The position numbers were made by a program, and so were the translations under genes. The notes beneath the pieces were generated by a model. That model worked only from the letters and a program-made list of their open reading frames with translations, did not search any database and had not been told where the DNA came from. DNA of 64,000 bases. Source: Deferribacterales bacterium. Lineage in GTDB: Bacteria > Chrysiogenota > Deferribacteres > Deferribacterales > Geovibrionaceae. The DNA lies in contig JBFWJS010000003.1 of assembly GCA_050253075.1 (NCBI GenBank), forward strand, positions 21,358-85,357. Direction: 5' to 3'. This document shows positions 57,333 through 64,000 of this stretch, in pieces. Numbering within the stretch: position 1 is the stretch's first letter; every line of letters starts with the position of its first letter.

Positions 57333-58624
57333 TTAACTCTCCTTTTAAGGTCCGGCAGACCGAGATCCTTATGAAAATTTTCCTTGGTACGGTTAAAATA
57401 GCCGAACTTTATATTCTTCTTCTTCTTTTTTATCAACTTTAACATGTTTTTGATGCCCAGGATCTCTTCTTTTTTGAATTTCACCTTTCCAAAGAGGAAA
57501 TCAGGGTCGATGTTCAGGTTGCGAAGCTGAATGAGGTCTATGTCGTAAGCGTTGAGGAAGTCGAGCATTGTCTCTGTCTCGCTCTCTCTGTCGTTTACTC
57601 CCGGTATGGTGAGAAGGTTCAGCGCTGTATAAACGCCGTACTGCTTCGCCAGCTCGATACTTTTCAGCACATCGTCGAATGTATATCCGACAGGCTGATA
57701 ATAGCTGTCGTATGTGCCGTGTACCACGGAGTTCATGCTGACCCTTATGCTGTCGAGCCCCGCATCGAAGAGCATCTTCATCTTTTCGGGATTGCTGCAG
57801 TTCGAGTTGAAATTGACCGTAAGGTCCGGAGCTTTCTTTTTGATTATTTTCACAGCCTTTGCTATGACGTCCGCCGTCATGATAGGGTCGCCTTCGCACC
57901 CCTGACCAAAGCTGACGATAGGCTCTTCGGCAACTTCATAATGATTCAGCGCCACTTCGACAATCTCGTCCACCTTCGGGATGAATTTTATCCTGTCCTG
58001 CGGTGCTGTGATCTTTTTATCCTCCTGAAAGGATATACAGCCGAGACATCTGCTGTTGCATGTTGGTGCTGTGGGGAGCGGACACTCCCAGCGTCCGATG
58101 AATGCGTTCTTCGCTGCCGTGCAGTGATATTCCAGAGCGCATTTGGAGAGCTGTTTGTACAGCCTGTTATCGGGATACTGCTCCAGCTTTGCGTTCACCG
58201 TAGGGGCGAAAGCATCGGAGTAGTCAAAATTTTTCGGATTCCATTTAGAGTCGTCGTCCACCTTTATGGCAGGTACGACAAACTTGCCGTTCAGCCAGCC
58301 AACCGCAGTATATGCATACATGGGGAGGATGACATCGGATTGCTTCTGATATGCGGGCAGAAACAGACGGAGATATCCCGGATCGAGGAATGCGCTGACT
58401 GCGTATCCTCCGGTGAAGACCTCCATGCCTGCGGTGTCCGGATTGTAAGCATGGGGATGTGTGTCCGGCACAAAGTAGAGTCTGGAGCATTCAGGCAGCT
58501 CTATCAGCTCTATTTCGTATGGGACAAAGTTGTAATTCTCGCTCCTGACAGTCATTTTCAGGTGCGGATGATCGTATATGTTTCCCTGCCTGTCGGCAAA
58601 GAGCAGGTTCGGTATTTCGTACAT
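57329..58624 (-). CDS. Radical SAM protein
   Basis: CNSRCLGC (CxxxCxxC); SFGQGCEGDP. Confidence 0.9.
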   Translation of the reverse strand: MYEIPNLLFADRQGNIYDHPHLKMTVRSENYNFVPYEIELIELPECSRLYFVPDTHPHAYNPDTAGMEVFTGGYAVSAFLDPGYLRLFLPAYQKQSDVILPMYAYTAVGWLNGKFVVPAIKVDDDSKWNPKNFDYSDAFAPTVNAKLEQYPDNRLYKQLSKCALEYHCTAAKNAFIGRWECPLPTAPTCNSRCLGCISFQEDKKITAPQDRIKFIPKVDEIVEVALNHYEVAEEPIVSFGQGCEGDPIMTADVIAKAVKIIKKKAPDLTVNFNSNCSNPEKMKMLFDAGLDSIRVSMNSVVHGTYDSYYQPVGYTFDDVLKSIELAKQYGVYTALNLLTIPGVNDRESETETMLDFLNAYDIDLIQLRNLNIDPDFLFGKVKFKKEEILGIKNMLKLIKKKKKNIKFGYFNRTKENFHKDLGLPDLKRRVK

Positions 58625-58701
58625 TTTTAACCCTGGCTCGCTTTTGATGAATAATAGTATAGTGCAAATCTACAAGTCAAGGTTATAAAGCGCCAGTACT
58701 A

Positions 58702-60585
58702 TTATTTATTTGTTGATATGCAGACCTTATTTCGGCCTGTCTGTTTGGCTTCATAGAGTGCTTCGTCTGCCCTGTTTATGAATTTTGCAGTAGGCTCGCC
58801 TTTTGTATATTGGGCTATGCCGATACTGACGGTCACTCTTTCCACAGGTGCAAATTCGGTTTTCTCTATGATAGTTCTCAGTTTTTCAGCCATTATCTGT
58901 GCCTGCTCCAGCTCTGTCTCTGTGGCAATGATGAGGAATTCCTCTCCGCCCCATCTGCCGACAAAGTCTGTCTTTCTGCTGTTTTCCTGCATCAGCCTTG
59001 CCAGCTTTTTCAGGACATAGTCGCCAACCTGGTGTCCGTATGTGTCATTCACGTCTTTAAAGTGGTCGGCGTCTATTATCACAGCGCAGAAATTGCTGCC
59101 GTATCTTTTGAATCTCTCCTGCTCCGTGGCGAGGACTATATCCAGCTTGTGCCTGTTGAACAGCCCTGTCAGGCGGTCTCTCATGGAGAGCTCTTCTATA
59201 CGTTTTTTATCTGTGATGTCGGATGCTATGGACGTATATCCGATAACTTCGTTCAGCCTGTTCAGCTCGGGGGTTATCGTCTGGTAAAACCAGATCGTGT
59301 CGCCGTTTTTGGTGCGTAGGCGTATCTCACCCTCCCATATCTTTCCGCTGCGGATAGTGTGCCAGATGTTCTTAGCAAAATCCTGCGGTGTTTCGGGGTG
59401 GCGAAGGAAGCTCTGTTTCTGTCCGATCACTTCAGACCTTTCGTATCCTGTCAGCTCCAGCAGTTTTGTGCTCACGTCTGTTATGTTTCCGTTTATGTCG
59501 GATGCAGTCGTGGCGACATTGCCGTCTATGATAAAGTTGAATTTGCGTATCTTATCAAATGCGTTCACAAGGTTCAGCTGCAGCCTGCTCGGAGCTATGG
59601 AGACTATCCACGAGAGGGGCAGTGATATCAGCAGGACGATACCTGCGATGATAGCCGCGGTCAGCAGGTTCGCATTCTTGATGTGTTGAAGCATGGCTGC
59701 CTTCGGGAGCATGAGCAGACGAACGTTACTGCCGTTTTTAAATATATCTTCCAGATTAAATATCATATGATCTGTTGTTATGTGGTCGCCGTCGTTCAGA
59801 AGCTGTTCTTTGAAATCAGGGAAAAGATTATATATGTTCAGGTCGGTATCTTTGTACCTTGTCCATGAGTGATCGGGATTTGGTGCGATGAGTATCTCGC
59901 CTTCGTTGTCGTAAAGGTATATCTCGAAATCTGCGGAGTTTATTATGTCCTCCAGCATCCCCTGTATATTAATGTTTGAGATTATGATGCCTCTGAAGAC
60001 ATTATTATAATATATCGGCGATGCTATCCTGAAAGTGGGTACATATGGCTCTTCCAGCTTACCTAATTCGACATTCAGATCCAGCTTCGAATGCCAGAAT
60101 CCGCCGTCGTAAAGCCTCTTTGTTTCAGTGAAATAGTATCTGTCGCTCTTATTCTGCAGCATCTCTTTGGAAAAGGTTACGATGTTGTTTATGCCGTCCT
60201 GCCTCTGCAGTCTGACCCTTTCATGCCCTGTCTCGTCCAGCATGCGGAACTGTGTCACTTCTTTATTAGAATATATGGCGGGATAAAAGAAATCGTTAAG
60301 ACGCTCTCTGTCGGTCTCTGAGCCTGTACGGATATATTCAGTGGTGATAGGGTTCTGAGCGATCGTCTGTATCATCCGCTCCATGTGGAGGGTGTAGTCG
60401 TGGAGCACGCTTTTCTTTGTGCCGTATTCGTCCAGGGCGGACTCTCTGATCTTTTCCTCGGTCTGCTTCTGGTCGATGTAGTAGTTTATCACAGACGTAG
60501 AGATACCTATCACTATGCCGAAGAATAAGAACAGCAGAGTGAAGAATAAGTATAGCCTCCCGGGTGTGTGATAAACTTTCTTCAT
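58702..60585 (-). CDS. Cache-PAS-GGDEF diguanylate cyclase
   Basis: DRLTGLFNR, DHFKDVNDTYGH, RWGGEEF. Confidence 0.93.
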   Translation of the reverse strand: MKKVYHTPGRLYLFFTLLFLFFGIVIGISTSVINYYIDQKQTEEKIRESALDEYGTKKSVLHDYTLHMERMIQTIAQNPITTEYIRTGSETDRERLNDFFYPAIYSNKEVTQFRMLDETGHERVRLQRQDGINNIVTFSKEMLQNKSDRYYFTETKRLYDGGFWHSKLDLNVELGKLEEPYVPTFRIASPIYYNNVFRGIIISNINIQGMLEDIINSADFEIYLYDNEGEILIAPNPDHSWTRYKDTDLNIYNLFPDFKEQLLNDGDHITTDHMIFNLEDIFKNGSNVRLLMLPKAAMLQHIKNANLLTAAIIAGIVLLISLPLSWIVSIAPSRLQLNLVNAFDKIRKFNFIIDGNVATTASDINGNITDVSTKLLELTGYERSEVIGQKQSFLRHPETPQDFAKNIWHTIRSGKIWEGEIRLRTKNGDTIWFYQTITPELNRLNEVIGYTSIASDITDKKRIEELSMRDRLTGLFNRHKLDIVLATEQERFKRYGSNFCAVIIDADHFKDVNDTYGHQVGDYVLKKLARLMQENSRKTDFVGRWGGEEFLIIATETELEQAQIMAEKLRTIIEKTEFAPVERVTVSIGIAQYTKGEPTAKFINRADEALYEAKQTGRNKVCISTNK

Positions 60586-60844
60586 AATAATGCCTTTGTT
60601 AAAACTGACTTGTATATAATATATAGTAATAGCATGCTTTTAGACAGGTGTAATCTATTTATTTTTAAATTTTATTAATATTAGTGAAAGTCATACTTAT
60701 AAATATTTAGAACTATTCCCGACCTATGTTAATTATTTTTTCACTTAAATATGGTTGTCATTTCAGTTTGTATCACTATATACTATCCACGAAAGGCGAC
60801 GCCTTTCAGCAATAAATAATATGTAAGATTATTATATATATTAG

Positions 60845-62146
<1,302 letters not shown>

Positions 62147-62153
62147 TTTCAGA

Positions 62154-62320
62154 TGTCATCCTGAACCCGGTGAAGGATCTGTCAGGCAGATTCTTCGTTG
62201 ACACTCAGAATGACAAGAATATCTTTACTATTAGCAAATGTAGGGGGTCTTTCGGGGCCCCTTATTTAATTACAGCAAAAGTCATTCTGAGGAGGAGCTC
62301 ACTCATACGTGAGAATCTCA
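62154..62320. repeat. REP-like palindromic elements and terminator hairpin after eno
   Basis: TGTCATCCTGA...AGATTCTTCG...TCAGAATGACA palindrome; partial GTCATTCTGAG...GAATCT copy at 62281; GC-rich hairpin at ~62241-62263. Confidence 0.7.
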
Positions 62321-62406
62321 GTAGTCGGCAGATAAGTTAACCATAGCCGAGATGCCTATACCTGCTATACAGGCTCAGTGTGACAGTACATCAAACGGAG
62401 ATTAAA

Positions 62407-63504
62407 ATGAGTTTAGAAAAAAAGATGGCGAACCTCATATGCGACTATTCTCTTGGGCTGAAAGAGGGGGATATCTTCCTCATCAGAGCAGAGACAGCAT
62501 CTGAGCCGCTGGTAAAAGAATTTGTCAGACAGTCCCTTGAAATGGGCGCAAACCCTATCCTGCGTATGACAGTGTCAGAGCAGCAGGCTGTCTTTTATAA
62601 ATACGCTACCGAAAAGCAGCTTGAATTTATCCCCGCTTCTGTCATGGCAGACGCCGAGAGCATCACTGCTCAGGTATACATCGACAGCACGGACAACACA
62701 AAGCAGCTCACAAACGCCGATAAGTCTAAAGTCGCTCTCTATGCGAAGACAATGCGCAAGGTGCGTGATGTGCTTATGGAGAGGGAAGGGCGAGGCGAGT
62801 TTCGCTGGTCGCTCTGTCCATATCCTACACAGGCTATGGCGCAGGATGCGGAGATGTCTCTGGATGAATACACAGAGTTCGTCTTTAACGCTTGTAAGCT
62901 GAACGAAGCCGACCCTGTAAAGGCGTGGAACGAAGTAGACATGTTTCAGCGTAAGGTCGTGGATATCCTCACAGGCACAAAAGAAATACGCATCGAAGGG
63001 AAGAACACGGACATCACATTCAATGTGGAAGGACGTAAGTGGATAAACTGTAACGGACACCACAATATGCCTGACGGCGAGGTTTTCACAAGCCCTGTGG
63101 AAGACGGCGTGAACGGTCAGATATACTTCGACCTGCCTACATCATACATGGGTGTAGAGGCGGGCGGAATCACCCTGAAGATCGAGAACGGACGCATCAT
63201 GGAAGCATCCGCAGAGAAGGGGGATGATTTCCTTCAGTCAGTGCTGGAGACAGACGAAGGCTCCAGACTTATAGGCGAGATAGCTTTCGGACTTAACGAT
63301 AATATCAATAAGCCTACGAAGAATATCCTCTTCGACGAGAAGATCGGACGCACGATCCACATGGCTGTGGGTGCAAGCTACCCCGAAGCCGGCGGAAAGA
63401 ATAAATCGGGCATCCACTGGGATATGATAAAGGCTATGTCAGACGGTAAGACCTATGCCGACGGCAAACTCATATACTCAGAAGGACGTTTCCACGGTAT
63501 CTAA
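62407..63504 (+). CDS. M29-family aminopeptidase (aminopeptidase T/PepS-like)
   Basis: NMPDGEVFTSP, IGEIAFG, LFDEKIG.TIHMAVG, SGIHWDMI. Confidence 0.92.
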   Translation: MSLEKKMANLICDYSLGLKEGDIFLIRAETASEPLVKEFVRQSLEMGANPILRMTVSEQQAVFYKYATEKQLEFIPASVMADAESITAQVYIDSTDNTKQLTNADKSKVALYAKTMRKVRDVLMEREGRGEFRWSLCPYPTQAMAQDAEMSLDEYTEFVFNACKLNEADPVKAWNEVDMFQRKVVDILTGTKEIRIEGKNTDITFNVEGRKWINCNGHHNMPDGEVFTSPVEDGVNGQIYFDLPTSYMGVEAGGITLKIENGRIMEASAEKGDDFLQSVLETDEGSRLIGEIAFGLNDNINKPTKNILFDEKIGRTIHMAVGASYPEAGGKNKSGIHWDMIKAMSDGKTYADGKLIYSEGRFHGI

Positions 63505-63589
63505 CAGGCTTGCAGCCTGAGGCATATAAGAGAGTATCTTTTGTGCTGCCACTCGTGTTGCCTTCTGTTAGTCGGCAGATACTGCTTTT

Positions 63590-64000
63590 GGTCATTCTGA
63601 GCCATCAGGTGAAGAATCTGAAACCTTCAGATACTTCGTGTCACTCAGTATGGCAAGAGGGTTAGTGTTGGTTCTTTTTGGTAATGGTCTTTTGTCATTG
63701 CGAGGCTAGCCGAAGCAATCTTAGCCCTTGCGGTCATTTTGAGCCATAAGGCGAAGAATCTGAAACCCTCAGATACTTCGTGTCACTCAGTATGACAATA
63801 GGGTAGATGTTGGTTTGTGTTTCGTAATGGTATTTAGTCATTGCGAGGCTTGCCGAAGCAATCTTAGCCCTTGTGGTCATTCTGAGCCATCAGGTGAAGA
63901 ATCTGAAACCTTCAGATACTTCGTTTCACTCAGTATGACAAGAGGGTAGATGTTGGTTCATGTTTCGTAATGGTCTTTTGTCATTGCGAGGCTTGCAGAA
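63590..64000. repeat. Tandem ~142-143-bp composite REP/BIME-like repeat (about three units, continues past the window)
   Basis: GTCATT at 63591, 63733 and 63876; each unit has a GTCATTCTGAG..GAAGAATCT..AGATACTTCG..CTCAGTATGAC palindrome and a GTCATTGCGAG..GAAGCAATC half-element. Confidence 0.9.

Noticed and set aside
55716..58630. Long plus-strand ORFs (284, 201 and 303 aa)
   Set aside because: Shadows of nadB, the beta-barrel gene and the radical SAM gene in GC-richer host DNA where TTA/CTA are rare; no coupling to flanking same-strand genes, unlike 35285-36154.
63590..64000. Tandem repeats as a CRISPR array
   Set aside because: Whole ~143-bp units are near-identical, there are no unique spacers and no cas genes are visible.

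Overview
Bases 1 to ~39,900 are one end of an integrative conjugative element (ICE) with an F-type T4SS, lying immediately 3' of a tRNA-Arg(ACG). The integrase and the other att site are not in the window. The ICE carries traG (partial, not in the ORF track), traH, two TraN-like genes, trbC, an S26 peptidase, a TraD-like coupling ATPase, an HD-domain (MOBH-like) putative relaxase and ssb. Cargo includes a WYL regulator with a degenerate DEDDh nuclease, a five-gene DUF499-ATPase/PglZ/DUF1156-methylase/small protein/SNF2 defence-like operon, an ArdC-like establishment operon, a Sir2-like-STAND plus HEPN-like gene pair and an Ig-repeat lipoprotein. The most unusual signals are: (i) an ICE-encoded truncated NusA paralogue near the head of the transfer operon; (ii) a stop-free antisense 'bridge' ORF coupled at both ends across an inverted AT-rich cassette; (iii) three copies of a WYL-type operator linking defence, regulator and transfer promoters; (iv) two sequence-divergent but structurally equivalent RBS-switching leaders; and (v) a TraN with a C-type lectin domain and a Cys-repeat stalk. 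Bases ~40,000-64,000 are ordinary host chromosome (two-component systems, diguanylate cyclases, nadB, eno, aminopeptidase, tRNA-Cys, tRNA-Gly, REP-like repeats). All family assignments come from motif recognition by eye, not database searches.
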